NCBI GenBank assembly: GCA_046705545.1
Contig: JBJKQF010000303.1
Span: forward strand, 1-53,794
Direction of reading: 5' to 3'
DNA: 53,794 nucleotides
Source of the DNA: Terriglobia bacterium
Lineage (GTDB): Bacteria; Acidobacteriota; Terriglobia; UBA7540
The translations under genes and the position numbers were made by a program. Position 1 is the first letter of the stretch. Every line of letters begins with the position of its first letter. Below are positions 1-9,568 of this stretch, in pieces. Below the pieces are notes generated by a model. It did no database searches. It had not been told where the DNA came from and saw only the letters and a list, made by a program, of their open reading frames with translations.

Positions 1-250
1 GAGCTTGCCATCTCTCGAGGATACGCCGCGGCGACGCGAGTCATTTCTGCGCCTTTGAGCCAAGCGCTTCAACGGCTTGAAGCTGAACTGAAGAAGCGGT
101 GGCCGCGATCGGGCTGGCGCGACGGAGGGGCCTCAGACGCCCCTTTCATGGGACATTTCACCGGGAACACCGCGGTTTACCCAGCCAACCGATTCACCTT
201 GACAACCCACAGAAACCGGGAATAGATTGGGCTCAGGGGACTCCCAAAAA

Positions 251-574
251 ATGAGAAAAGGAATTATTGCTGTAGCCCTTTCTTGCTTTATCGCGCTGCT
301 TGCAGCCAGAGCGGTTTCCCTAACGAATTACCAGGGGCAGAGCCGCAGCGACGCCCCGAACAGCGATCTGCAGGACGTTGTCTGTGACACTGATTGGACC
401 CTCCCCGCTCGATTTACAATCGAGGCCACCAAGCAGGAACACACAGAAGGCGTCGTTTTCGATTTTCCCTCCGCACATTTGTGCTCTACCTCACGTTTCT
501 TTGAGACCTCCGATGGCATCCCCGCAAGATCCGGAAAAGACCTCCTTACTTTTATTCGACAGCGGACCACATAA
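251..574 (+). CDS. small hypothetical secreted protein (107 aa)
   Basis: ATG at 251 inside ORF 227..574 (227 is TTG). The N-terminus is signal-like (MRKGIIAVALSCFIALLAARA). No family recognised. GC3 is lower than in neighbouring genes. Confidence 0.35.
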   Translation: MRKGIIAVALSCFIALLAARAVSLTNYQGQSRSDAPNSDLQDVVCDTDWTLPARFTIEATKQEHTEGVVFDFPSAHLCSTSRFFETSDGIPARSGKDLLTFIRQRTT

Positions 575-710
575 AGACAGTCCCCTTTTACTCGCCCGAT
601 TTCCGAAGGGTTTGACCCTTCGGTGGGGTGAGACGTTGCGTTCGAAAGGTTACGAGGGCCGCGCGCATAGCGCCCAGCACCCGACACTTTTCTATAAAAG
701 GAGAACTGCT

Positions 711-2117
711 ATGACTCTCTTACGACCCGACCCCAGTTTCTACCCTTCTCCCAAGATGGCGATGGGCGCTCCGGCAGAGAAACTCGCTTACGTGGCTTTG
801 CTCAATCCGAAACGCCAAGGACAACACGATGCCTTGGGAGTTGTCGACGTCGACCCAACCTCGCGAAAGTACGGACAACTCATCAGCCAGGTGGAAATGC
901 CGAACGTCGGCGACGAACTCCATCATTTCGGTTGGAACGCGTGCAGCTCGTGCTTGGCGCCGTACGCACCCCACGCCCATATGGAACGGCGCTACCTGGT
1001 GATCCCCGGCCTGCGCTCGTCGCGGATTCACATCCTCGACACAAAGCCCGATCCCCGCCATCCGAAGATCGTTAAAGTAATCGAGCCTGAAACGGTCGCC
1101 AGTCGGGCCCGTTATTCCCGCGCCCACACCGTCCATTGCGGCCCTGACGGCATCTACGTCAATGCGCTCGGTTCACCGAGCGGCGATGGCCCGGGGGGAA
1201 TCTTTATGATGGACCCCGAGACCTTTGAAGTGCTCGGTCAGTGGGAACTCGACCGCGGTCCTCAGTACCTGTCGTACGATTTTTGGTGGCACCTGGGCTG
1301 CGACACCATGATCACCAGCGAATGGGGGACCCCCAAGATGGTGGAGAACGGAGTGGTTCCCGAAATTCTCTTGAACGGCGGTTACGGCCACTCCCTCCAC
1401 TTCTGGGACCTGCGGCGGCGGCGCCACCTGCAGGCCATTGATCTGGGGAAAGAGAACCAGATCCCCCTGGAACTGCGCCCGGCTCATGATCCCTCCCGCG
1501 CTTACGGCTTTGCGGGGGTCTTGACCTCGTTGAAAGATCTCTCCTCTTCCATCTGGCTCTGGCACCGCGAGGAAGGCAAGAACGGCCACTGGTCTGCCCA
1601 CAAGGTGATTGAAATCCCCGCTGAATCAGCTGATCCCGAGGTGTTGCCGCCCATTCTGAAAGGCTTCAAAGCGGTCCCGCCACTGGTCACGGATATCGAC
1701 CTTTCCGTGGATGATCATTTCCTTTACGTCTCCTGCTGGGGGACCGGCGAGTTTATCCAATACGACGTGAGCGATCCGTTCCACCCCAAGAAAACCGCCT
1801 CCGTGCACTTGGGAGGCATCGTGCGACGCGCCGCCCATCCCAAGAAACCCAAGCAGCCCTTGAACGGCGGACCGCAGATGGTGGAGATCAGCCGTGACGG
1901 CCGGCGCATTTACGTGACCAACTCTATCTACGCTTCATGGGACGAACAATTCTACCCCGATGGGATCAAAGGATGGATGGTGAAGCTCGATGCCGAGCCG
2001 GAAGGTGGAATGAAAATTGACGAAAATTTCTTCCTGGAGTTTGGGGAGCTGCGCAGCCACCAGGTTCGCCTGGAGGGCGGCGACGCATCCTCAGACTCTT
2101 ATTGCTACCCCTCATGA
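711..2117 (+). CDS. selenium-binding protein family (SBP56 / SELENBP1-like, putative methanethiol oxidase)
   Basis: ATG at 711 with GGAG at 700..703. The 468-aa product has family-typical length and sequence, including HHFGWNACSSC, and no signal peptide. The ORF-track start at 378 is an upstream extension. Confidence 0.9.
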   Translation: MTLLRPDPSFYPSPKMAMGAPAEKLAYVALLNPKRQGQHDALGVVDVDPTSRKYGQLISQVEMPNVGDELHHFGWNACSSCLAPYAPHAHMERRYLVIPGLRSSRIHILDTKPDPRHPKIVKVIEPETVASRARYSRAHTVHCGPDGIYVNALGSPSGDGPGGIFMMDPETFEVLGQWELDRGPQYLSYDFWWHLGCDTMITSEWGTPKMVENGVVPEILLNGGYGHSLHFWDLRRRRHLQAIDLGKENQIPLELRPAHDPSRAYGFAGVLTSLKDLSSSIWLWHREEGKNGHWSAHKVIEIPAESADPEVLPPILKGFKAVPPLVTDIDLSVDDHFLYVSCWGTGEFIQYDVSDPFHPKKTASVHLGGIVRRAAHPKKPKQPLNGGPQMVEISRDGRRIYVTNSIYASWDEQFYPDGIKGWMVKLDAEPEGGMKIDENFFLEFGELRSHQVRLEGGDASSDSYCYPS

Positions 2118-2770
2118 GCGGGAGCGAGTGGTGGCCTTGGGTGGCGCTGGCGCTGCTTGGGGCCTACCACGGAATCAATCCGGGAATGGGATGGCTGTTT
2201 GCCGTCGCGCTGGGAATGCAAGAAAAAACCTCCCGAGCGGTGTGGCGATCTCTAGGACCGCTGGCCGCGGGACACGCTTTTTCGATCGGCGCCGTGATTT
2301 TGGTGGCAGTCCTGGTTGAAATTGTGGTGCCGCTAAGAATCCTGAAGGTAGCGGTTGCGAGCGCCCTTTTCGTTCTTGGAATTTACCGTTTGAAGCGCCA
2401 TCGCCACCCGCGAGGAGGGGGCATGGTAGTCGGCTTCAAGGACCTGACCCTCTGGTCGTTCTTGATGGCTTCTGCGCACGGTGCGGGACTTATGGTCCTC
2501 CCCATCGTGCTGGGAATGTCAGCCACAGAATCGACGCACGGGACCTACGCGGCAGGCCATATCGTGCACATGGCGCAGATGAGCGGAAGCACCACAAATA
2601 TGCTGGCCGTTGTTGTCCATACAGGGGGCTATCTAGTAGTGACCGGTCTCATTGCCTGGGTGGTCTACAAGAAATTGGGATTGGCCCTATTGAGAAGGGC
2701 ATGGTTAAACCTCGACCTGATCTGGGCCGTCGCACTTTTAGCAACCGGATGCTTTGTGCTGGCAATCTAG
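2114..2770 (+). CDS. polytopic His-rich membrane protein, possible NicO/RcnA-like metal transporter
   Basis: ATG at 2114 overlaps the SBP56 TGA (2115..2117) as ATGA; the track start 2102 is TTG. About 6-7 hydrophobic helices. Motifs YHGINPGMGW and SAHGAG, plus a His-rich loop THGTYAAGHIVHM. The family assignment is tentative. Confidence 0.7.
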   Translation: MSGSEWWPWVALALLGAYHGINPGMGWLFAVALGMQEKTSRAVWRSLGPLAAGHAFSIGAVILVAVLVEIVVPLRILKVAVASALFVLGIYRLKRHRHPRGGGMVVGFKDLTLWSFLMASAHGAGLMVLPIVLGMSATESTHGTYAAGHIVHMAQMSGSTTNMLAVVVHTGGYLVVTGLIAWVVYKKLGLALLRRAWLNLDLIWAVALLATGCFVLAI

Positions 2771-2961
2771 AAAAGACAAAGGACAGCAAGAGAGGGTTGC
2801 CGTGAGTAGTGCTTGCAGTCCCCGTTCAACTGCACCACGACGGACCGCGAGGACGATGCGAAATCCTTAGGGCGGTGAATAACGGTTCGTCGTTGGCTCT
2901 CCCGCTGAGGTTGAATGACTTTGGGAGTGAACAAACACGGCAATCCAGGAGGTAAAGGCAC

Positions 2962-4053
2962 ATGACGCACGGGGAAACAGGCCGGAAGTTCAATCCTTCA
3001 AGGGCGGAGGCGTTTTCCGACAAGCTGCTGACCGTCTTCAATGATGGGGCCCTCTGCCTGATGGCCTCCGTCGGCCACCGCGCGGGGCTTTTTGACGCCA
3101 TGAGCGAACTACCCCCATCAACTTCTGATGAGATTGCCGGCAAGGCCGGGCTGAACGAACGTTACGTACGCGAGTGGCTGGGGGCGATGGCTACCGCGGG
3201 GGTTGTTGAAATCGATTCGTCCCACCGGCGGTTTTCATTGCCTGCAGAGCACGCAGCGTTTCTCACCCGCGCCGCAGGCGCGAACAACCTGGGAGTCTAT
3301 ACCCAGTACATCGCTGTGATGGGAACGGTGGAAGACGAAATTCTCGAATGCTTCCGGAGGGGCGGAGGCGTTCCATACGATAGGTTTCCACGCTTTTTGG
3401 ACATCATGGCCGAAGACAGCGGAGTCTCGGTGCTGGCCGCGCTTGAATCCGACATCCTTCCGCTTGTGCCAGAGTTAACAGGCTGGCTGTCCCACGGCAT
3501 CCGCGTTCTGGACGCCGGCTGCGGAAGCGGCCGCATTATTAACCGGTTGGCAGAGCTGTATCCCAAGAGCAACTTCACCGGCATCGATTTCTCGGCAGAC
3601 GCTATCAAAACGGCACGGCGCGAGGCAACACAGAAGCGCCTGCACAATGTCGGGTTCCTGAGGCGTGATTTGAGTGACTTCCACATCAGCAGCGAGCCAG
3701 AAACCTTCGATTTCGTCACCACGTTTGACGCGATTCATGATCAGGCCAAACCACTCAACGTCTTAAAGGGAATACATCGCGCTCTGAAACCCGGCGGAGT
3801 CTACCTGATGCAGGATATTCGAGGATCAAGTCACGTTCACAAAAACCTGACTCACCCGATTGGAACGTTCCTGTATACCGTCTCGACCTTCCACTGCATG
3901 ACCGTGTCTCTAGCCCAAAAGGGCGAGGGACTCGGAACCATGTGGGGAGAGGAAAAGACCCGCGAGTACCTGGCGGAGGCGGGCTTTCGGTCGATTGAGA
4001 CGAAGCAGTTACCGCACGACATCCAGAATAACTGGTATGTGGTCAAGAAATGA
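2962..4053 (+). CDS. class I SAM-dependent methyltransferase with N-terminal winged-helix domain
   Basis: AGGAGG lies 8 nt upstream of the ATG. SAM motif I is VLDAGCGSGRI and the post-I region is GIDFS. About 100 aa of wHTH-like N-terminus. Confidence 0.85.
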   Translation: MTHGETGRKFNPSRAEAFSDKLLTVFNDGALCLMASVGHRAGLFDAMSELPPSTSDEIAGKAGLNERYVREWLGAMATAGVVEIDSSHRRFSLPAEHAAFLTRAAGANNLGVYTQYIAVMGTVEDEILECFRRGGGVPYDRFPRFLDIMAEDSGVSVLAALESDILPLVPELTGWLSHGIRVLDAGCGSGRIINRLAELYPKSNFTGIDFSADAIKTARREATQKRLHNVGFLRRDLSDFHISSEPETFDFVTTFDAIHDQAKPLNVLKGIHRALKPGGVYLMQDIRGSSHVHKNLTHPIGTFLYTVSTFHCMTVSLAQKGEGLGTMWGEEKTREYLAEAGFRSIETKQLPHDIQNNWYVVKK

Positions 4054-4160
4054 TGGCCGGATTCTTAGTATTTGGATCAATCCGTCCCGGCGCTCGAAAG
4101 TAAAAGGACCCAAGTTGATTCAATTCTCAACGTAGTAACAACGAAAGGAGAATTCAGAAA

Positions 4161-4439
4161 ATGCCAAGGTTTCTGATTGAAGTTCCTCACGAAGAAGAAG
4201 TCGCTGCCTGCGCCCGAGTCGTGCAAGTCTTTCTCAAGAGTGGGTCCCACTTTCTGACCCATGCGGATTGGGGTTGCCACGATGGGGAGCACAAGGCCTG
4301 GATCATTGCGGACGTGGAGAACAAGGAGGAAGCCCGCCGGATTGTGCCTCCGGCTTTCCGCCCGGGAACCCGAATCACCAAGCTGAACTATTTCACGATG
4401 GAGGAGATCGACAACCTTCTCCTCTCGCATCGGCCCTAA
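4161..4439 (+). CDS. hypothetical protein (92 aa)
   Basis: Strong RBS AAAGGAG 10 nt upstream of the ATG. Codon usage looks coding. The antisense ORF 4077..4430 lacks an RBS. Confidence 0.6.
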   Translation: MPRFLIEVPHEEEVAACARVVQVFLKSGSHFLTHADWGCHDGEHKAWIIADVENKEEARRIVPPAFRPGTRITKLNYFTMEEIDNLLLSHRP

Positions 4440-4651
4440 AGACGGCGCCGCCCAAGTTGGCTTGCCAACCGGCAGGATGAAGCTCGTTTAAACGGCGGCA
4501 CGGCCTAGGGCTTAGTGACCATGAATTCAATCTAAGCACCACGCCGTGCGAAAATTTGGCGGTGAAGAAACCGCCATTGAGAAGGCAAGACCGAACGGAT
4601 TTATTTTCTCCAGGGGCACCACAATACAATCCGACTATCGAGGAGGTTTCC

Positions 4652-6028
4652 ATGAACTCTGGATCCGTGGAAAAGCTACGAGCAATCCTGCGCGGCGAGA
4701 TCATTCAGCCCGGCGACGCCGCGTACGATTCGGCGCGCAAAGTCTACAACGGGATGATCGACAAGCGTCCCCGGCTCATCGCGCGCTGCACGGATGTTGC
4801 TGACGTGATGGCGGCGGTGCAATTCGGCCGTGAGAACCACCTGTTGACGGCGGTGCGCGGCGGCGGACACAGCGCCGGCGGGATGGGCATCTGCGATGAC
4901 GGATTGGTCATCGACCTCTCGCGCATGAAAGGCATTCACATTGACCCGAAGAAGAAAACCGTTCGTGTCGATCCCGGATGCGTCTGGGGAGACGTCGATC
5001 ACGCCACGCATGCATTCGGAATGGCCACGCCCTGTGGATTCATCTCCACCACAGGCGTCAGCGGACTGACGCTGGGCGGCGGCATCGGTTATCTCACGCG
5101 CAAGTACGGATTAACGATTGACAGCCTGCTTTCCGCCGACCTGGTGCTGGCGGACGGCCGGCACGTTACAGCCAGCGCCAAGGAAAATCCTGACCTCTTT
5201 TGGGCCCTTCAAGGCGGAGGCGGCAACTTCGGCGTGGTGACCTCCTTTTTGTTCCGCATGTATCCGGTCAAGGTGGTCCACGCCGGCCCCATCTTCTGGC
5301 CGATGGAGCGGTATCACGAAGTTTTGAAGGCCTATCGCGAGTTCATCGTTCGCGCTCCCAATTCCGTGAATGGCTTCTTTGCCGCGTTAACCGTTTCCCC
5401 CGTGCCGACGTTCCCCGAACATCTCCATCTTCGCAAAGTCTGCGGCGTCGTGTGGTGCTGCACCGGGTCGGAAAAGGAAACGCGAAGAGCGCTGAAACCC
5501 ATGCGTTCAGTTGCAGAGCCGCTTCTGGATCAAGTGGGACCTCTGCCCTTCCCGGTGCTCCAAACCTTATTCGATCCGCTTCTCCCGCCGGGACTCCAGT
5601 GGTACTGGCGGGCGGATTTCTTTAAAGAATTGAGCGACGAGGCGGTCTCAAAACATGCCGAACACAGCGCCCAGCTTCCGACGCCTCATTCGACGATGCA
5701 CCTCTACCCGATCGACGGCGCCGCGCATAACATCGGCAACACGGACACCGCCTTCAATTATCGGGACTCAAACTGGGCGGAAGTGATTGTCGGCATCGAC
5801 CCCGATCCAGCCAATCGCGAAAAGATCACGAACTGGTGCAAGGCGTACTTTGACGCGCTTCACCCATACTCGGCGGGCGGCGCCTACGTCAACTTCATGA
5901 TGGAGGAAGGCCAGGAGCGCGTGCGGGCCTCGTTTCGTGACAACTACGACCGCCTGGCGGAGGTCAAAAAGAGGTACGATCCTTCCAACTTCTTCCGCGT
6001 GAACCAGAACATCCAGCCCTCCGCCTGA
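4652..6028 (+). CDS. FAD-binding oxidoreductase, VAO/PCMH fold with BBE-like C-terminus
   Basis: ATG at 4652 preceded by GAGGAGG. VRGGGHSAGG motif, and a C-terminal YVNF...YDPSNFFRVNQNI (BBE-domain-like). The track start 4556 is an extension. Confidence 0.85.
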   Translation: MNSGSVEKLRAILRGEIIQPGDAAYDSARKVYNGMIDKRPRLIARCTDVADVMAAVQFGRENHLLTAVRGGGHSAGGMGICDDGLVIDLSRMKGIHIDPKKKTVRVDPGCVWGDVDHATHAFGMATPCGFISTTGVSGLTLGGGIGYLTRKYGLTIDSLLSADLVLADGRHVTASAKENPDLFWALQGGGGNFGVVTSFLFRMYPVKVVHAGPIFWPMERYHEVLKAYREFIVRAPNSVNGFFAALTVSPVPTFPEHLHLRKVCGVVWCCTGSEKETRRALKPMRSVAEPLLDQVGPLPFPVLQTLFDPLLPPGLQWYWRADFFKELSDEAVSKHAEHSAQLPTPHSTMHLYPIDGAAHNIGNTDTAFNYRDSNWAEVIVGIDPDPANREKITNWCKAYFDALHPYSAGGAYVNFMMEEGQERVRASFRDNYDRLAEVKKRYDPSNFFRVNQNIQPSA

Positions 6029-6048
6029 GCGTGCCCGCGGCGAGACGG

Positions 6049-7146
6049 TCAGTTCCTCTGCTCTCCGGCGGGCGGAGCGTGTGGCGGAAGGCCGGAGACC
6101 TTGAAGCCGTTTGCGAGTCTCTTAACCCGAAAGCGCACCTTTGATTTTCCCTTTGTTTGCACGGAAGCGAAGTCGGATGCCACAAACGAAACCATGAACT
6201 CCATCTCGTCATCCGATCCGGATGGCGAAGGGTTTGCAATCTCCACGGGAATGGGACAGCCGGCCGTGCCACAGTATGCTGCCAGCCACTCTGACGCGTC
6301 CAGCGGAGGAGATTCGGCTTGCCGCGCGCCCGCGGAGGAAGGGCCCGCGTAGTAGAAAGCGGCGGCCTGGTAATTCTTGCTGTCCAACGCAGACAGGAAA
6401 TCGTAAAGCGCGCGTTGAGCCTGGGCGGCGGGAGTAGGATGTTTCCACACAACCGGCAACTCGGAACCCATCCAGCTTTTAGTCTGGATGAAGTTTTTTC
6501 CGTCGTAGCGGTAGGCATCACACTCCATCATGCCAATGAAATTGTTGTAACTGCAAAAAATGCTATCGCCCTGGCCGGAGGAGTGAACTCCACCACTCGG
6601 TCCGGTGGATTGTGAGAGAAAACGCCGCCCGTCGGCGGCGAGGAATGCGACCCGCGCCAAATGACCTTCGGGGTCGAGGCGATAGAATTCCGCCGACTCG
6701 CTGTTGCAGCTCCCGTACTGGTACAGTTTCACCAACTGCTGCCCGTTACCCGGCGGAGTGAAAATATGCAGGCCGTCATGCGGATGTTCCGTCACAAAAA
6801 AAGTTCCCGGATCCAAACGCAACTGAGAAGTAATCTTTCCGTTTCGAACACTGATGAGCTCGTAATGGCCTTGGGAATCCTTGTCTCCCTCATTTCCGCC
6901 GCAGTACGGCGCCTGAAGGACGCTCACTTCCTGGTCCCGCGCGTAGAGATACACTGCAACTGGCCCGGAAGACGTCTGGAGCGTAACGTGTGACAGGCTG
7001 TTCCTGCGGACGGCCTTGAGGTCAGTTGTAACCGGCGCCACGTTTGAAGCATTCTGAGAAAATGCCTTCCCGGCGGGAACAATGCCGAAGACCTCTACAA
7101 TGAGCAAGCCCGCCAGCAATAGAACGAAGTTCCGCATCCCGCTCAT
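6049..7146 (-). CDS. hypothetical secreted protein (365 aa)
   Basis: ATG at 7146 gives a signal peptide (MSGMRNFVLLLAGLLIVEVFG). No family recognised. Confidence 0.55.
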   Translation of the reverse strand: MSGMRNFVLLLAGLLIVEVFGIVPAGKAFSQNASNVAPVTTDLKAVRRNSLSHVTLQTSSGPVAVYLYARDQEVSVLQAPYCGGNEGDKDSQGHYELISVRNGKITSQLRLDPGTFFVTEHPHDGLHIFTPPGNGQQLVKLYQYGSCNSESAEFYRLDPEGHLARVAFLAADGRRFLSQSTGPSGGVHSSGQGDSIFCSYNNFIGMMECDAYRYDGKNFIQTKSWMGSELPVVWKHPTPAAQAQRALYDFLSALDSKNYQAAAFYYAGPSSAGARQAESPPLDASEWLAAYCGTAGCPIPVEIANPSPSGSDDEMEFMVSFVASDFASVQTKGKSKVRFRVKRLANGFKVSGLPPHAPPAGEQRN

Positions 7147-7327
7147 TCTATACCAACGATGACAATTTCCGCCCGGCGCTTTGAACTGAAATAGGCTCAA
7201 CAGGCTGTGCGATAATGGCGGAGGAAGGACAAGCGCGGGCATTTTGGTCCACGGGAGAACACCTTCGCAATCCGGCCGGGCCGCCGGCGGCGCAGCAGGA
7301 TCTTCCATAGCAAAAGGAGAAGAACCG

Positions 7328-7732
7328 ATGGCTCGTCAAACCGCGATTCCCGCCATTGAACCGTGGATTCGTTCGTTGCTGCGGATCATTGTAGGGTTCA
7401 CTTTTTGTTCGCACGGGATGCAAAAACTCTTCGGCTTGTTCGGAGGCATTCGAGGGCACAAAGTTCCCTTGTTCTCTCTGTTCGGCGTGGCGGGGACTCT
7501 GGAAACCCTGGGAGGACTCTTGATTATCCTGGGGCTTTTCACCGTGCCGACGGCGTTTATCCTGTCGGGTGAGATGGCCGTGGCATACTTCCTCGAACAT
7601 TTCCCAAGAGGACACTTCCCGATCAGCAACGGCGGGGAGCTGGCTGTGCTCTACTGCTTTATTTTCCTTTATCTTTTTTCCGCCGGCCCCGGTCCTGTCA
7701 GCCTGGACCGTTGGATCCGCAAGAAAAACTGA
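7328..7732 (+). CDS. DoxX family membrane protein
   Basis: ATG at 7328 preceded by AAAGGAGAAG. 134 aa with 4 helices. Typical DoxX N-terminus (LLRIIVGFTFCSHGMQKLFG). Confidence 0.8.
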   Translation: MARQTAIPAIEPWIRSLLRIIVGFTFCSHGMQKLFGLFGGIRGHKVPLFSLFGVAGTLETLGGLLIILGLFTVPTAFILSGEMAVAYFLEHFPRGHFPISNGGELAVLYCFIFLYLFSAGPGPVSLDRWIRKKN

Positions 7733-7753
7733 TGAGGCTTCCGCGGATTGCGT

Positions 7754-8683
7754 TTATCGATCCTGTGCAAGCTTGAGCGCAGGAGCAGGTTTGCGGATTC
7801 GTGAAGTAGTAGATTGCACGGTTTGGCCCTTTTGGGCCTTGGCATCCAGGATCGCCTTCCGGGTGGCCGTCAGCATATCCTGAACCGTTTCACGCGAAAG
7901 GTTGCGCACCAGCGGCCTGACGAACCATGCAATCAAAAACGGAATGTCGCGTGAAAGGCTGATGGACTCCCACTCAATAATGACTCCGTCCTTGCACTGC
8001 TCATAGCGCCAGTAAGAATTGATGCGCCAAAGAAAGCCGCTATCGTGCCCTACGGGGTCCAGATGCTCCTGAGGCGTTCCCACATCTTCCACCTGCTGGA
8101 TGCGGGTGGAATAACTACGGGTGTATCCGTGGGTGGCGTCGATCCTCGAATCGTGAATTTTATACCAGGTATCTAACGTCACCGTGACGATCGACTTCTT
8201 CTGGAGGCGCAGGTAAATTTCGAAATTGCTGTCCTCATGGCTGATCAAGCGGGAACGTATGACCTCAGGCTTGTACAGTTCCTTGTAGTCGTTGTAATTC
8301 TGCAGCACGTCGAACGCCTTCGAGATCGAGGTTCCGGGCACCAACACCGCGCCCAGCCAGTGATGCACCATGCCATCCGGCACATCGATCTGATGGCCCG
8401 AAGCGTCTGTTGTCCTGATCCGCTGCACATACACTTGGCCCTGCTTAAGCGTCGCCATGACTTGGTCATATTGAGGCTTCGGGAGTTGTTCGATGTAAAG
8501 GAAGTCGCCGGGGTGGGATTCCTCGCGATTCATGCGCGCCTCGGCCGCCTGCACGTAACGCTCGAACGCCTTCGTCGTGGCCGGGCTCAGGTCCGCCGCC
8601 TGAAGAGCGCCCAGCCCTCCGCACAAGTTCGCCAGCATCGCCAACAGGGCGAGTAATAATACCTTCCGTAATGAATGTCGCAT
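7754..8683 (-). CDS. hypothetical secreted protein, possibly SRPBCC/START-like
   Basis: ATG at 8683 gives a signal peptide (MRHSLRKVLLLALLAMLANLCGGLGALQA). The fold guess is weak. Confidence 0.55.
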   Translation of the reverse strand: MRHSLRKVLLLALLAMLANLCGGLGALQAADLSPATTKAFERYVQAAEARMNREESHPGDFLYIEQLPKPQYDQVMATLKQGQVYVQRIRTTDASGHQIDVPDGMVHHWLGAVLVPGTSISKAFDVLQNYNDYKELYKPEVIRSRLISHEDSNFEIYLRLQKKSIVTVTLDTWYKIHDSRIDATHGYTRSYSTRIQQVEDVGTPQEHLDPVGHDSGFLWRINSYWRYEQCKDGVIIEWESISLSRDIPFLIAWFVRPLVRNLSRETVQDMLTATRKAILDAKAQKGQTVQSTTSRIRKPAPALKLAQDR

Positions 8684-8893
8684 GAAGCCCCTTCGCCACC
8701 ACAACCCGCCGTTCCTCATGTTAGCATGGGGCGCAGCCGGAAGCCCAGACACGCGGGTTCCGGACGCCTGTGGGCGCCGGCACTTCGGTCCTTGCCGCTC
8801 GCGAAGGGCTGCAAGAACCCTGGTAACGGCCCGCGAATTGTCGGCATCATAGTATCCACGGGCTAAAAAATTCCAAAAGGGGGTTATTCAACA

Positions 8894-9397
8894 ATGCATG
8901 ATAAGCGCACTCTTCTGATTCTCGGTATTGCAGCTTTGGCCGTGACGGCGGGACTTTGGGCCGCCCAGGGCACGAAGCATCAGGATATGAACGATTGGTC
9001 TTATGCCAAGGTCAAGCAATTGATGTCGAATCCCCACACGGCAAAACAGACTGCGATGATGGCCAAGAAGAGCCACGTGATGTTGATGGGCTGCGTATCC
9101 ATGGGAGGAAGTCCGGTTACCCTGAAGGGAGAGTTGACCGGGGCGGATTGCTACTTGAGCTCCGGACAACACGGCCACGAACACGCGCTCTGCTCCAAAG
9201 CGTGTGTCTCCCACGGCGGGCCGATCGTCTTTCTTGGAAACAATGGAACAACCTATCTTGTTCTGCCCCCCAAAGACGGCGCGCATTATCCCGAGCAAGT
9301 CTTAAACGATTTGGGCAAACCCGGCGTGACCGTGCAAGCGCACGAGATCGACGCCCACGGCATCAAGGCCCTTTCCGTGGACTCGGTCCAAGGGTAA
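8894..9397 (+). CDS. small secreted Cys/His-rich protein (167 aa)
   Basis: RBS AAAAGGGGG upstream. Signal peptide MHDKRTLLILGIAALAVTAGLWAAQG. Four Cys and a QHGHEH cluster (C-x18-C-x13-C-x3-C). Confidence 0.55.
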   Translation: MHDKRTLLILGIAALAVTAGLWAAQGTKHQDMNDWSYAKVKQLMSNPHTAKQTAMMAKKSHVMLMGCVSMGGSPVTLKGELTGADCYLSSGQHGHEHALCSKACVSHGGPIVFLGNNGTTYLVLPPKDGAHYPEQVLNDLGKPGVTVQAHEIDAHGIKALSVDSVQG

Positions 9398-9568
9398 AAG
9401 GTGGTCCAATCCCTTCCCGGCGGCGGGCACAAGCCCGCCGCAATCCTTCCGTTGGTTCTGCCGCTCCGACGTTTTTTCTCCGGCCCATGAACCCGCGGCA
9501 ACCTAACGGCCGCGCGGGCTCTGTTGTGGTAAACTCCCAGAGAATCCACTGAGCGGGGCGCTGGAAAA

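Noticed and set aside
1-225. Open frame from the window edge to the TAG at 223..225 (ELAISRGYAAATRVISAPLSQALQRLEAELKK...).
   Set aside because: It could be the 3' end of an upstream gene. No family is recognisable in 74 residues, and other frames are also fairly open, so it is not reported as a feature.
378-710. N-terminal 111-codon extension of the SBP56 ORF. Similar extensions occur at 4556..4651, 7244..7327, 11319..11354, 17009..17056 and 31129..31191.
   Set aside because: In each case the extension is Pro/Arg/Ser-rich and non-homologous, several begin at GTG or TTG, and a downstream ATG with an RBS gives the family-typical N-terminus or signal peptide.
9420-9441. 9-bp GC hairpin (GCGGCGGGC-ACAA-GCCCGCCGC) after the 8894..9397 gene, considered as a terminator.
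   Set aside because: No U-tract follows directly; the nearest T6 run is about 30 nt downstream. It may be a stabilising stem, but the support is too weak for a terminator call.
8956-9552. 198-aa Arg-rich ORF overlapping the 8894..9397 gene in another frame.
   Set aside because: It has an extreme Arg/Gly/Pro composition and no RBS. The competing frame has an RBS and a signal peptide.
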